NCBI GenBank assembly: GCA_040219255.1
Contig: JAVJSW010000054.1
Span: forward strand, 1 to 63,987
Reading direction: 5' to 3'
Length of the DNA: 63,987 bases
Source of the DNA: Sumerlaeia bacterium
GTDB taxonomy: Bacteria > Sumerlaeota > Sumerlaeia > SLMS01 > JAHLLQ01
The translations under genes and the position numbers were made by a program. Shown piece by piece: positions 40,555-50,782 of the stretch (positions within the stretch are counted from its first letter, which is position 1; the number at the start of each line of letters is the position of its first letter). The notes under the pieces were generated by a model, which saw nothing but the letters and a program-made list of their open reading frames with translations, was not told the DNA's origin and did not search any database.

Positions 40555-41112
40555 ATGCTCTTCACCGCCTGGCAAGACCTCGCTCGCACCGCCATCGTCG
40601 GCACCCTCGCCTACCTCGCCCTCGTCTTTCTCCTGCGCATCAGCGGCAAGCGCACCCTCTCCAAAATGAACGCCTTCGACCTCGTCGTCACCGTCGCCCT
40701 CGGCTCCACCCTCGCCGCCACCATGCTCAATAAGAGCATCACTCTCGCCGAAGGCGCCACCGGCTTCTTCGTCCTCGTCGCCGTCCAGTACATCCTCACC
40801 TGGCTCAGCGTCCGCTCGCGCTTCGTCCGCCGCCTCGTCAAGAGCGAACCCACCCTCCTCGCCTTCCGCGGCCAGATGCTCGAGCGAGCCATGAAAGAGC
40901 AACGCGTCACGCAAGACGAACTCGCCTCCGCCCTGCGCCACTCCGGCGCCGCCGGCCTCGAAGACATCGAAGCCGTCGTCCTCGAAACTAACGCCGATCT
41001 CACCATCGTCAAGAAATCCGGCCAGGGCCCCGCCGCCCAAAGCGTCCTCAACGTCCGCGGCTATCCCGACCCCACCGGCGCCCACCCCCAAAGCCCCCGG
41101 CACGACCCGTAG
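40555..41112 (+). CDS. DUF421/YetF family membrane protein
   Basis: GKRTLSKMNAFDLVVTVALGS, EPTLL, VVLETNADL. Confidence 0.9.
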   Translation: MLFTAWQDLARTAIVGTLAYLALVFLLRISGKRTLSKMNAFDLVVTVALGSTLAATMLNKSITLAEGATGFFVLVAVQYILTWLSVRSRFVRRLVKSEPTLLAFRGQMLERAMKEQRVTQDELASALRHSGAAGLEDIEAVVLETNADLTIVKKSGQGPAAQSVLNVRGYPDPTGAHPQSPRHDP

Positions 41113-41143
41113 AAGCACCAGCACGGGTCTCCCCCCCAAGAAC

Positions 41144-41172
41144 AAAGGGCGCCGTCCATCACGGCGCCCTTT
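41144..41172. terminator. Bidirectional terminator between yetF-like gene and nuoM
   Basis: Perfect stem AAAGGGCGCCGT-CCATC-ACGGCGCCCTTT between convergent genes. Confidence 0.8.
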
Positions 41173-41394
41173 CGCGCATGTCGCATAAGTCTGTCTTGTG
41201 AATCGTGTCTCACAAGTCTGATAAGTGAATCTTGTCTATCTTGTTCCCGAAGCTCCACATGAGGGGACAAACCAAAACTCTTGTGCAACCCTTTCGCCAT
41301 TCCAGCCCAACACGCCGGTCACCCCGGCCCGGAGTTTACCATGGCGAACCATCCCACGCACACTCAGACGCTCGCTCCCCCGCGAGCCACCCCC

Positions 41395-41429
41395 CTTTGC
41401 CCCTTTGATCCTTCGCGTCTTTGCGTTAA
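41395..41429. repeat. Periodic repeat arm 10 nt after nuoM stop
   Basis: Minus TTAACGCAAAGACGCGAAGGATCAAAGGGGCAAAG. Confidence 0.6.
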
Positions 41430-41439
41430 GAACCCCGGA

Positions 41440-43092
41440 TCAGTGCCCGTGCCCGTGGTCGTCGGCGGCCGCTTCGGCCACCATCACGTCACGCTCCGGC
41501 GGTGTCTCGTAGCCCTCCAGATGCTTCGCGATCATCGCCAGCGCCGGCTCCGAATAGCTCCGCACCGGCTTGAAGATCAGGTTCGGGAACAGACCCAGGA
41601 TCAGAGCCGCCGCCGACAACGCCACCAGCATCCCCATCTCGCGGAAGTTCACGTCCGCCATCTTCTGATTCTTGGGATTCGTCAGCTTGCCGAAGAACGT
41701 CTTCTGATACATCAGCAGCAGATAGACCGCGCCCCAGATCACGCCCGTCGCCGCGATCAGCGCGATCAGCCACGTATAATGCCGCATCCCGAACAGCGCG
41801 TACAGCGAACCGGGCTCGTTGCTGAACGACAGGATCGGCGTGTTCTGCATCGAACCCATCAGGATCGGGAACTCGCCCACGAAACCGTTCAGACCCGGCA
41901 GGCCCACGCTGCTCAGCACCATCACCATGGCCAGCGCCGCCATCACCGGCACCCGCGCCGCCAGACCGCCGAACTCGCTCAAGAGACGCGTATGCCGCCG
42001 CTCGTAAATCATACCCACCACGAGGAACAACCCGCCGGTGGAAATACCGTGGTTCACCATCTGGATGATCGCGCCGTCCATGCCCGGACCGTTGAAGGAG
42101 AAAATCCCCAGCGTGATGAAACCCATGTGGCTCACCGAGGAGTAGGCCACCAGGCGCTTCATGTCCTTCTGCACCATGGCCGCCATGGCGCCGTACACGA
42201 TGGCGATGGCGCTCAGCCACGTCAGCGACGGCGCGAACGCCACCGCCACATCGGGGAACAGCGGGATGTTGAACCGCAGGATACCGTACACGCCGGTCTT
42301 CAGCAGCACCGCCGCCAGGATCACCGACCCCGCCGTCGGGGCCTCGGTGTGCGCGTCGGGCAACCAGGTATGGAACGGGAACAGCGGAATCTTGATCAGG
42401 AACGCGATCAGAATCCCCAGGAACGGCCACACGGCGCCGCGGAAAATCTCCGCCGTCTGCGCCTGCTGCAGGAGCAGCTCGTAACTGAAGGTCTGGATCG
42501 GGGCATTGAAGTACACCCAGATGAACGCCAGCAGCATCATCAGCGAACCCACCAGCGTATAGACCACGAACTTCATCGTGGCGTACACCCGGTTGCCCGA
42601 GCCCCAGATACCGATCATGAAGTACAACGGAATCAGCATCAGCTCGAACCCGACGTAGAACACGAACATGTCCAGCGCGCTGAAGGTCAGCATGATACCC
42701 GTCTGCAAAATCAGCAGGAACAGGTAGAATTCTTTCTCGCGGTGCTTGATCGCCGAGAACGAACACAGCACCCCGAACACGCCGATAAACGCCGCCAGCA
42801 GGATCAGGATCATCGACAGCGAATCGACCCCCACCGTATAGCGGACGCCCTCGAAAATCGGCCAAGCCACCGAAGCCCGCAGTTGGAAGGCGGTCTCCAC
42901 CGCTTCGCCCTGAATGATCACCGTCTGGGGATCGATACCGCCCCAGTTGAAAAACAGCGCCGCCGCCAACGCCGCGACCAGGTCCAGCAGGACAATGCCC
43001 AGTGCCCAGATCTTCATCTGCTTGGCCGGAGCGAACGCCGCCGCCACCAGACCGAGCACCAGGGGGATGAAAATGACGAGTGTCAGCAACAT
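41440..43092 (-). CDS. nuoM: NADH-quinone oxidoreductase subunit M
   Basis: FELMLIP, KIPLFPFHTWLPDAHTEAPTAGS, AYSSVSHMG, GLPGLNGFVGEF. Confidence 0.96.
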   Translation of the reverse strand: MLLTLVIFIPLVLGLVAAAFAPAKQMKIWALGIVLLDLVAALAAALFFNWGGIDPQTVIIQGEAVETAFQLRASVAWPIFEGVRYTVGVDSLSMILILLAAFIGVFGVLCSFSAIKHREKEFYLFLLILQTGIMLTFSALDMFVFYVGFELMLIPLYFMIGIWGSGNRVYATMKFVVYTLVGSLMMLLAFIWVYFNAPIQTFSYELLLQQAQTAEIFRGAVWPFLGILIAFLIKIPLFPFHTWLPDAHTEAPTAGSVILAAVLLKTGVYGILRFNIPLFPDVAVAFAPSLTWLSAIAIVYGAMAAMVQKDMKRLVAYSSVSHMGFITLGIFSFNGPGMDGAIIQMVNHGISTGGLFLVVGMIYERRHTRLLSEFGGLAARVPVMAALAMVMVLSSVGLPGLNGFVGEFPILMGSMQNTPILSFSNEPGSLYALFGMRHYTWLIALIAATGVIWGAVYLLLMYQKTFFGKLTNPKNQKMADVNFREMGMLVALSAAALILGLFPNLIFKPVRSYSEPALAMIAKHLEGYETPPERDVMVAEAAADDHGHGH

Positions 43093-43143
43093 AGGGTCTT
43101 TTTCTCCGTCGTCGCGAACCGCGGCAGGAAAGGAATTCTCAAA

Positions 43144-45432
43144 TTACTCGGCGAGGGCCAGGCCCTCGGGGGACTCGGCGGCGGGCTGCGCCGGCGCGGG
43201 CTGGATCGCCCGCGACTGCGAACGCTCCGCCGGAATGACCGAAGGCACCCGGTCGTCGAACAGCCCCAGGCCCACGATCAGCCACGCCAGGAAAATGACC
43301 AGCCCGAACACCATCACGATGCCATAACGCTGCACCTGGCCGTCCTGGACGCTGCGCACCGAATGGCCCGCGTCCCGGGCGAAACGACCCGTGTTGACCA
43401 CCGCCCCATCGATAATCTTCGCGTCGAAATCCGCCACCATCCTGGCCTTCCACATCGCGCCGTCCCGGAAGAACTTATTGTAGAACCCATCGATCCCCCA
43501 CGCGTTGTAGGACAACTTCCAGAAGGGCTTGAGAAGGCCTTTGGCGAGGTTCTTCGGCAACCGGCTGCCGTACAGAGCCCAAGACAGCAGAAGGCCGAGC
43601 GCCGCGATAATCAACGAAATCAGAGCCAGGGTCGCTTCCAACTGAACGTTCTCTTCCGTGTCCTCCGCACCCGCCAGCACCAGTGGGCCGATCACTCCGT
43701 GGCCATGGCCTTCCGCGTGGGCGGCGCCGTGCTCGGCACCATGAGCGCCATGCGCGCCGCTGATAAACCCTTCGGCCGAAACGTATTCCGCGCCCCGGTC
43801 CACCACGGGAGCCAGGAAGTGGTGGAACGCCGCCGTCTTCGAACCCAGGGCATCGTAGAGGCCAACGGCCTTAACCAGCCCTGGAGGCATATTCAGGAAA
43901 CCGACCACGATGCTCATGCCAGCCAGAACCAGCACGGGAATCGTCATCTTGGGGGAAACTTCGTGGACGTGCTTCTTGGCTTCCGGCGTCAGCCGTTCCT
44001 TGCCCCGGAAGGTCAGGAAATAGGTCCGGCCCATATAGAACGCGGTCAGGAAGGCGGTCGTCGTCCCAAGCAGCCAAAGGAGCAACATCATGCCCTCGCC
44101 GTTGGCCCGCGAGTACGTCATCCACAGGATTTCATCCTTCGAGAAGAACCCGGCGAACGGGAAGATACCGGCAATGGCCAGCGTCGCGATAAAATACGCC
44201 GCATGGGTCTGCGGCATGTACTTGCGCAACCCACCCATCTTGAACATGTCTTCTTCGTGGTGCAGGGCGTGGATCACGCTGCCGGCGCAGAGGAACAGGC
44301 ACCCCTTGAAGAACGCGTGCGTGAATACGTGGAACACGCCCGCGGCCATGCTGCCCACGCCCAGCGCCAGGAACATGAAACCGAGTTGCGAAACCGTCGA
44401 GTAAGCCAGCGCCTTCTTGATCCCGCGCTGCGTACAGCCCGCCACCGCGGCCACAAAGGCCGTCAGCGCGCCCACCACGGCGATAGTGTTCATCGTGATC
44501 GGCGCCATGAAGAACAGCGTGTTCAGCCGGGCGATCATATAGATACCGGCTGTCACCATGGTGGCCGCGTGGATCAGTGCCGAAACCGGCGTCGGGCCCG
44601 CCATGGCGTCCGGCAGCCAAGTGAACAGCGGAATCTGGGCGCTCTTGCCCGTCGCGCCGAGCAGCAGCGCCAGCGTCGCGCCGGTCACCGCCATGCCTCC
44701 GAAGAGGAAGCCGGCCGGAATGGCCTGTCCGTCGGGGCGGGTGCCGCTCGTGATCGCGTTGGCGATCTCGGCGAAATCCATTGTGCCCAGGCCCCAGAAA
44801 ATCAGCCCCATGCCCACGATCAGCCCCGCATCACCGATGCGGTTCATCACGAACGCCTTACGGCCAGCATCGGCGCAGGACAGGGTTTCCGAGAAGGGTT
44901 TCTTGAAATAGTAACCGATCAGCAGGTACGAGGACAGACCCACGCCTTCCCAGCCGATGAACATCACCGCCAGGTTCGCGCCCAGGACCAGCATGTACAT
45001 CGACGCCGCGAAGAGAGCCAGGTACGCGAAGAAGCGCACGTAGCCCGGATCCAGCTCCAGTTTGCCGTGGTGGTGCTCCTTCATGTAATCGATGGCGTAG
45101 AGGAACACCAGCGAGCCGATGAAGGAGATGAAGGTCACGAAAACGGCGGTCAACTGATCCGCGCGGAACGCCATGTCGATGGAGAAGTTGTCGCCCAGCG
45201 TCATCCAGTTCCAGACCTTCAGGTCCATGCCGGGCCAATTCGCCCCGCCCGCCAGCGCCGGGATCAAGATGCCCGCCACCGCCAGAAGGAACGTCGAAGC
45301 CATGGCGAGCGTCGTCACCCAGCCGGCGAATTCCTTGGGGAATTTCTTGGGCAGGATGAACTGCATCACGACGCCGTTGAAGAAGGCGGCGCCGAACATG
45401 ATGAGGGGAATCGCGAAGAGAACAAAATCCAT
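43144..45432 (-). CDS. nuoL: NADH-quinone oxidoreductase subunit L
   Basis: GWEGVG, NRIGD, KSAQIPLFTWLPDAMAGPTPVSALIHAATMV, THAFFK, GFFSKDEIL. Confidence 0.96.
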   Translation of the reverse strand: MDFVLFAIPLIMFGAAFFNGVVMQFILPKKFPKEFAGWVTTLAMASTFLLAVAGILIPALAGGANWPGMDLKVWNWMTLGDNFSIDMAFRADQLTAVFVTFISFIGSLVFLYAIDYMKEHHHGKLELDPGYVRFFAYLALFAASMYMLVLGANLAVMFIGWEGVGLSSYLLIGYYFKKPFSETLSCADAGRKAFVMNRIGDAGLIVGMGLIFWGLGTMDFAEIANAITSGTRPDGQAIPAGFLFGGMAVTGATLALLLGATGKSAQIPLFTWLPDAMAGPTPVSALIHAATMVTAGIYMIARLNTLFFMAPITMNTIAVVGALTAFVAAVAGCTQRGIKKALAYSTVSQLGFMFLALGVGSMAAGVFHVFTHAFFKGCLFLCAGSVIHALHHEEDMFKMGGLRKYMPQTHAAYFIATLAIAGIFPFAGFFSKDEILWMTYSRANGEGMMLLLWLLGTTTAFLTAFYMGRTYFLTFRGKERLTPEAKKHVHEVSPKMTIPVLVLAGMSIVVGFLNMPPGLVKAVGLYDALGSKTAAFHHFLAPVVDRGAEYVSAEGFISGAHGAHGAEHGAAHAEGHGHGVIGPLVLAGAEDTEENVQLEATLALISLIIAALGLLLSWALYGSRLPKNLAKGLLKPFWKLSYNAWGIDGFYNKFFRDGAMWKARMVADFDAKIIDGAVVNTGRFARDAGHSVRSVQDGQVQRYGIVMVFGLVIFLAWLIVGLGLFDDRVPSVIPAERSQSRAIQPAPAQPAAESPEGLALAE

Positions 45433-45438
45433 GGGTCT

Positions 45439-45798
45439 TTAGCCGTTGGCCTCCGGGGCATCTGGGGAAGCGCCCGTTTCGGGGCGCTCCACGGTCAGGC
45501 TGATGACATTCGTCCAGGGCACGAACGTGTGACGCCGCGCCTGATTGGGGTCGTCCGCCAGCGGTTCGCTGTCCGGATCGATAATCAATCCCGCCGCCGA
45601 CACATCCATCACGCGCATGGCGTTGATGTCTTTTCCGGACTCAAGCCAGGAATCGCGGGTGCGGGCGCGGGACACGAGAAAGTAGGGCACTTCGCGAAAC
45701 TCGATTTCCGCCCGGGCAATGCCCTCCCCACCGCGAAGCTGAGTCAGCTCCGACAGCTTGCGCTGCGCATCGGGGGTGCAAAGGACCTTGGCGATCAT
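45439..45798 (-). CDS. 119-aa hypothetical protein inside nuo operon
   Basis: Tightly packed between nuoN and nuoL, GGAG RBS, soluble composition. Confidence 0.8.
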   Translation of the reverse strand: MIAKVLCTPDAQRKLSELTQLRGGEGIARAEIEFREVPYFLVSRARTRDSWLESGKDINAMRVMDVSAAGLIIDPDSEPLADDPNQARRHTFVPWTNVISLTVERPETGASPDAPEANG

Positions 45799-45819
45799 CG
45801 GTTTCTCCGGGGGCTCCCG

Positions 45820-47478
45820 TCAGGCGAAGGCCAGAATGAGTTGGGGGAATATGCCGAAGAGGAAGATGGCGCCGACGCTCAGCCCCAGCACCACCGGCAC
45901 CGCGTAGGTGCGCGCCAGCGTGCCCGAGCCCGCGATCACCGCGCCGCTCTCTTCGTCCTGCATGTACATCGCCACGATCACGCGCAGGTAATAGTACGCC
46001 GACACCGCGCTCATCAGAACCGCGATCACCGTCAGCATCATCAAACCGGCCTGCACCGCTTCCTTGAAAATATAGAACTTACCGACAAAGCCGATGGTGG
46101 GCGGGATGCCCGTCAGGCTGACCATGGTGATGGCCATGACCGCCGCCAGCAGGGGTTTGCGCTTCGACAGGCCGCGATAGTTGGCGATGTCGCCCTCGCC
46201 TTCCTTGCCCAGGTAAGCCGCGACGCCGAAGGCCGCGATGTTCATGATCGTGTAGGACAGCAGGTAAATCAGGATCGCCTTGACGATGTCGTCTTCGGCA
46301 GAGGACCCGCCCGCCAGCACCGTGATGCCGATAGCGATGTAGCCGCCGTGGGCGATGGAGGAGTAGGCCAGCATGCGCTTGATGTTCGTCTGGATCAGCG
46401 CCCCGAAGTTACCCCAGACCATCGAGAGCAGCGCCACGAGGCTGAGGAGGAAAACGCTGGCTTCGGCGAACGGCGGCCAGACGCTCATGGAGAGCATGAG
46501 CTGAACCAGGAACGCGAAAGCCGCGACCTTCGACCCGGTGGCGATGAACATGCCGGTGATGGCCGGAGCACCCTCGTAAACGTCCGGCGCCCACATATGG
46601 AACGGCGCCAGCGAAAGTTTGAAGCACAGGCCCACCAGCAGCAGCGCGAAGCCGATATAGACCCAGCGCGGATTGACCGGCTGAGTGGACTTCTCGTAGG
46701 CGCCCGCGGGAGTCGTAGTGCCTTCCACGGGCTCGATGGCTTCGAGGGTCACGAGGCGCTCGCCGGCGGCCAGGACCTCGTTGATGCTCATGTCGTAGTT
46801 GGCCTTCTCCACGTCCAGCGTGGCGGTCTTGCTATAGACCTTCTGGCTGAAGAGCTGAGTCGTGCCAGTGGCGCCGAAGAGGAACCCGATGCCGAGCACC
46901 AGGAACGCCGAGGCGAAAGCGCCGAGGAGGAAGTACTTGAGGGCCGCCTCGCCGCCCTTCGGGCTGCGTCGGTCGATGCCCGACAGCACGTAGAGGCCGA
47001 GGGACTGAATCTCGATGCAGATAAAGGCGAGGACGAGTTCGTTGCTCATCGCCAGCATCACCATGCCCAGGGTGGCGAAGAGAACGAGAGAGAAGAATTC
47101 GCCGGCGCCGACCTTGGCGCGCTTCAGGAAATCGGGCGCGAGGACGGTGTAGGCGATGGAGGCGAAAAGGATGATGATGGCGCCGATGCCACCGATCAGG
47201 TTCGTGCGAAGCGCCCCCGCGAAAAAGACCTCGAAGCCTTCGGTCCAGTCGGCCACGGAGATGGGGCCGAAGAGGGAGATGACGGTGGCGAGGAGGAAGC
47301 CGAGGGTTGTGTTGGCGATGATCTTGTCCCGGCGGGCCGGGGTCATGCCCTTGACGAGAAGGTCAAGCAGGGCGTCCAGGCCGAGCACAACGAGCCCGCC
47401 GACGGCGAGCAGGATGAACGGCAGGTTCTGGACGAAGTCGATCTGGGGAACGACGGGTGCTAGTGTGGCTTCGATCAT
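45820..47478 (-). CDS. nuoN: NADH-quinone oxidoreductase subunit N
   Basis: EAALKYFLLG, FKLSLAPFHMWAPDVYEGAP, KRMLAYSSIAH, GIPPTIGFVGK, YYYLRV. Confidence 0.96.
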   Translation of the reverse strand: MIEATLAPVVPQIDFVQNLPFILLAVGGLVVLGLDALLDLLVKGMTPARRDKIIANTTLGFLLATVISLFGPISVADWTEGFEVFFAGALRTNLIGGIGAIIILFASIAYTVLAPDFLKRAKVGAGEFFSLVLFATLGMVMLAMSNELVLAFICIEIQSLGLYVLSGIDRRSPKGGEAALKYFLLGAFASAFLVLGIGFLFGATGTTQLFSQKVYSKTATLDVEKANYDMSINEVLAAGERLVTLEAIEPVEGTTTPAGAYEKSTQPVNPRWVYIGFALLLVGLCFKLSLAPFHMWAPDVYEGAPAITGMFIATGSKVAAFAFLVQLMLSMSVWPPFAEASVFLLSLVALLSMVWGNFGALIQTNIKRMLAYSSIAHGGYIAIGITVLAGGSSAEDDIVKAILIYLLSYTIMNIAAFGVAAYLGKEGEGDIANYRGLSKRKPLLAAVMAITMVSLTGIPPTIGFVGKFYIFKEAVQAGLMMLTVIAVLMSAVSAYYYLRVIVAMYMQDEESGAVIAGSGTLARTYAVPVVLGLSVGAIFLFGIFPQLILAFA

Positions 47479-47683
47479 CGGGATCGGGCTTTCCTCTGAG
47501 AGTGACCGCGCCGGGCCGGGGTTGTCTTCTCAGAGAGAAGCCGCCGGGCGGGGAGAGGTGGCGAAATCGCGCGCAAGTGAGCGCATGGCCCCGGTGTCGT
47601 CAAGCCCTCTCCCGGCCGCGGAACCTGTCCGCCGCGCGAGGAGGGCGCGCCATCGGCCGCCAGCGCTCGAAATCTTCGGACCG

Positions 47684-47989
47684 TCAGCCCTTCAGCAAGT
47701 CCAGCTCATCGACGCGGATGTGCTGGCGCGAACGGAAGATGGCGATGAAGATCGCCAGGCCCACGGCGGCTTCCGCCGCCGCGACGGTCATAATGAAAAC
47801 CACCAGCGCGCCCGCCTGCAAGAGCCCGTAGTGGGTGGCGAAGGCCACCATGCCCAGGTTCGCCGCGTTGAGCATCAGCTCAACATTCATGAAGAGCGAG
47901 ATGGCGTTGCGCTTGATGATCATCCCGACCACGCCGATGCTGAAGATCGTGACCGAGAGGACCAGGGTGTAAATCAAGAAGGGGGACAT
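47684..47989 (-). CDS. nuoK: NADH-quinone oxidoreductase subunit K
   Basis: VELMLNAANL, VAAAEAAVGLA. Confidence 0.96.
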   Translation of the reverse strand: MSPFLIYTLVLSVTIFSIGVVGMIIKRNAISLFMNVELMLNAANLGMVAFATHYGLLQAGALVVFIMTVAAAEAAVGLAIFIAIFRSRQHIRVDELDLLKG

Positions 47990-47995
47990 AGGAGC

Positions 47996-48556
47996 TTACG
48001 CGGCCTCCGCGGGATCGGGCACGTACTCTTCGCCCGTCTCCGGGTCGTAGCGGCGGCCCATGACAACCGCTCCGATGACAGCCACCAACAGCAGGATCGA
48101 CGTCATCAGGAACGGCAGCGAGTATTTCGTGATCATCAGGGTGAGGAGGTCGATGATGGGCGGCTTCGCGCCGGGGGCCACATCGGCCGCTTCGGCCAGC
48201 GGAACCGGCGTCATGAACGCCACCATGCCCGTGCCCAGCAGCAGGAACAGAACGCCCACCAGCGCGGCGCCGGTGTAGTGCAGGCTGCGCATGTACCAGG
48301 GAGCGACTTCGCGTTCGCGCACGTTGAGGATCATGACGACGAAGAGGAAGACGACCATGATGGCGCCGGCGTAGATGATGATCTGCAGCGCGGCGATCAG
48401 TTCCTGGCCCATGAAGACGAAATGGGCCGCCAGGGACACCATGACCAGGACGAGGGCCATGGCGGATTTCACCGTGTCCTTGGAGGCCACGACCATGACG
48501 GCTCCGGTCACGGTGAGGATGAAGAGGATTGCAAAGACGATTAGTTCAGCGCCCAC
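47996..48556 (-). CDS. nuoJ: NADH-quinone oxidoreductase subunit J
   Basis: [18 protein letters not shown]. Confidence 0.94.
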   Translation of the reverse strand: MGAELIVFAILFILTVTGAVMVVASKDTVKSAMALVLVMVSLAAHFVFMGQELIAALQIIIYAGAIMVVFLFVVMILNVREREVAPWYMRSLHYTGAALVGVLFLLLGTGMVAFMTPVPLAEAADVAPGAKPPIIDLLTLMITKYSLPFLMTSILLLVAVIGAVVMGRRYDPETGEEYVPDPAEAA

Positions 48557-49077
48557 GGGTCGGCTTTCGCCTCCTTGTCGGATTCCGGCGTCACATGGGA
48601 CACGTAAGGATCGTACTCGTGGTAATCGCCGAAGCCCTTTTCCGGGGCGTCGACCATATCGGCCTTGGTGGCGATGAAGTCCGTGCGGCGGTCGGCGGCG
48701 AGTTCGTAGGTCGGCCCCATGACGATCGCGTTTTCCGGACAGGCTTCCTCGCAGAAGCCGCAGAAGATGCAGCGCAGCAGGTGGATCTGGTAGATTTCGG
48801 CGTAACGCTCGCCCGGAGAGACACGGCTCTTCGGATCGTTTTCCTTGGCTTCCAGATAAATCGCCTCGCTCGGGCAGACGGCGGCGCAGAGGGCGCAGCC
48901 GACGCAGCGTTCGAGTCCGTCGGAGTAGCGCTGCAAACGATGGCGGCCGCGAAAGAAGGGAGGCTGTTCGCGGCGTACTTCCGGGTATTCGACGGTGTCG
49001 CTGAGCTTACGCCCCGTACCGTACGACACGATGTGCCGTGTGGCGTTCGCGAAACCTTTGAGCAATTCAACCAACAT
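48541..49077 (-). CDS. nuoI: NADH-quinone oxidoreductase subunit I
   Basis: [29 protein letters not shown]. Confidence 0.96.
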   Translation of the reverse strand: MLVELLKGFANATRHIVSYGTGRKLSDTVEYPEVRREQPPFFRGRHRLQRYSDGLERCVGCALCAAVCPSEAIYLEAKENDPKSRVSPGERYAEIYQIHLLRCIFCGFCEEACPENAIVMGPTYELAADRRTDFIATKADMVDAPEKGFGDYHEYDPYVSHVTPESDKEAKADPWALN

Positions 49078-49192
49078 AATGAGTATCCATCCTTCCCGAA
49101 ATACGCGGCCTTTGGGCCGAATCGGCCGAAAGCGGCCTGGAATTCAAACCCATGCAAGGCTTGTGCAGGGCGCGCACTTCACGTCCTCCCGA

Positions 49193-50617
49193 TTAGGCTG
49201 CCGAGGCCGCGCGCCGGCGGCGCGTCGGTCTGGATTTAGTGTACTTGATGTTCTGATAATCCGCGCGCAGGGTGGCGTTGCGTTTCTTGGTGGCGACGAT
49301 TTCGAGGACCACGAGGCCCGCGAAGGTGACGGCGCCGATGACGATCTTCCAATCGTTGATGACGTCTTCGAAGCGGGGGCCGGCGATCCAGCCGATGACC
49401 GCGATGCCGATGGCCGTCACGACCAGGTTCGCGAGGCCGATGGGCAGCATGATCTTCCAGCCGAGGTTCATGACTTGATCGTAGCGGAAGCGGGGATAGA
49501 CCGCACGCGCCATGATGAAGACGAAGAGGAAGAAGCCGATCTTGAGGGCCAGACCGAGAGGCGCCATGAAGGACGCCAACACCACCGCCATGGTCAGCGG
49601 AATGGTCAGGCCGGCCTCGACGTTGATCCAGGTGAGGACGCTTTCGAGGATGCCGACGGCGACGAATTCGGGGATGAGCAGATAACCGCCGAGGAACAGC
49701 GTCGCGCAAACGGCGCTGACCGTGATCATATTCGCATATTCGCCCAGGAAGAAGAGAGCGAACTTCATCGAGCTGTATTCCGTGTGGAACCCACCCGTCA
49801 GCTCCGCTTCTCCTTCCGCGAGGTCGAAGGGCAGGCGGTTGGTCTCGGCGAACATCGCGATCACGAAGAGGAGGAACGCGACGGGTTGGGCGAAGACGTT
49901 CCAGCGCAGGAACGTCAGCCACCAAGTGCCCATGAACGGACCGTCCTGGGCGGCGATGATGTCGTAGAGGTTCAGGCTTCCGACGATGAGCAGCACACCC
50001 ACGATGGAAAGCGACAAACTGATTTCGTAAGAGATCATCTGGGCCGAGGCGCGAATACCACCGAGGAGCGACCACTTGTTCTCGGAGGCCCAACCGGCCA
50101 GCGTGATGCCGTAGACGCCGACGCTGGTGATGGCGAAGACGTAGAGGACGCCGATATTCGGGTTGGTGATCGCCAGGGGCATGTTGGCGGTGCTGGACCA
50201 ATAGTTCTGCATGCCGACGAAGGTCATGAGGTCAAGGAGAGCCTGGCCCTCGATGACCGGTCCCCAGGGGATGATGCACATCGCCAGAAAGGCCGGAATG
50301 ACCACCAACGGCGGACCCATGAGGTAGAGCATACGGTCGGCGCCGGCGGGGATAAAATCTTCTTTGAGGAAGAGCTTGCCGCCATCGACGATGCCCTGGA
50401 GGAGGCCGAAGGGACCGACGCGATTGGGGCCCGGGCGATCCTGGACCCAGCCGATAATCTTGCGTTCGGCCCAGATAATGAGAGGAATGATTCCGAGGAC
50501 ATGACCGAGCACGAGGCCGATCTTGATGAGGGCCCCCACGATAATCAGGGCGTTCTCCGGCCCTCCGAGAAAGCGGCCGAGAAATTCGAAAACAGGACTC
50601 AGGTCAATGAGCGTCAT
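49193..50617 (-). CDS. nuoH: NADH-quinone oxidoreductase subunit H
   Basis: ERK...RPGPNRVGP, AQMISYE, AETNRLPFDLAEGEAELTGGFHTEYS, PRFRYDQ. Confidence 0.97.
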   Translation of the reverse strand: MTLIDLSPVFEFLGRFLGGPENALIIVGALIKIGLVLGHVLGIIPLIIWAERKIIGWVQDRPGPNRVGPFGLLQGIVDGGKLFLKEDFIPAGADRMLYLMGPPLVVIPAFLAMCIIPWGPVIEGQALLDLMTFVGMQNYWSSTANMPLAITNPNIGVLYVFAITSVGVYGITLAGWASENKWSLLGGIRASAQMISYEISLSLSIVGVLLIVGSLNLYDIIAAQDGPFMGTWWLTFLRWNVFAQPVAFLLFVIAMFAETNRLPFDLAEGEAELTGGFHTEYSSMKFALFFLGEYANMITVSAVCATLFLGGYLLIPEFVAVGILESVLTWINVEAGLTIPLTMAVVLASFMAPLGLALKIGFFLFVFIMARAVYPRFRYDQVMNLGWKIMLPIGLANLVVTAIGIAVIGWIAGPRFEDVINDWKIVIGAVTFAGLVVLEIVATKKRNATLRADYQNIKYTKSRPTRRRRAASAA

Positions 50618-50655
50618 TACGGTGCAGTCCCTGTGGAGGGGCGGGGGATTGTGGC

Positions 50656-50681
50656 GACTTTGTGAAAAACGTCACAAAGTC
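50656..50681. promoter_or_regulatory. Palindromic operator (Rex- or CRP-like) upstream of nuoH
   Basis: GACTTTGTGA-AAAACG-TCACAAAGTC with perfect 10-bp arms; one mismatch from the Rex consensus TTGTGAA-N4-TTCACAA. Confidence 0.7.
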
Positions 50682-50685
50682 CACC

Positions 50686-50716
50686 AAAGAAAAAGGCCAG
50701 ACAGACTCCGGCCTTT
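50686..50716 (-). terminator. Terminator between nuoG and nuoH
   Basis: Minus AAAGGCCGGA-GTCTG-TCTGGCCTTT-TTCTTT. Confidence 0.7.
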
Positions 50717-50782
50717 CCCTGAAAACCGGAGGCGGAGAATCCTCAACCGCCTCCCGGCGTGTCAACGCCAGTGTTTTGCCGA

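Noticed and set aside
41281-47463. 2060-aa plus-strand ORF, and similar long antisense ORFs (395..1681, 5555..7570, 50759..53554, 59940..62102)
   Set aside because: Shadow frames opposite well-supported genes in high-GC DNA; no recognisable motifs
34991-47478. Complex I with an extra antiporter subunit (2M-type)
   Set aside because: Only one each of nuoL, nuoM and nuoN; the other antiporter-like genes form a canonical separate mrp operon
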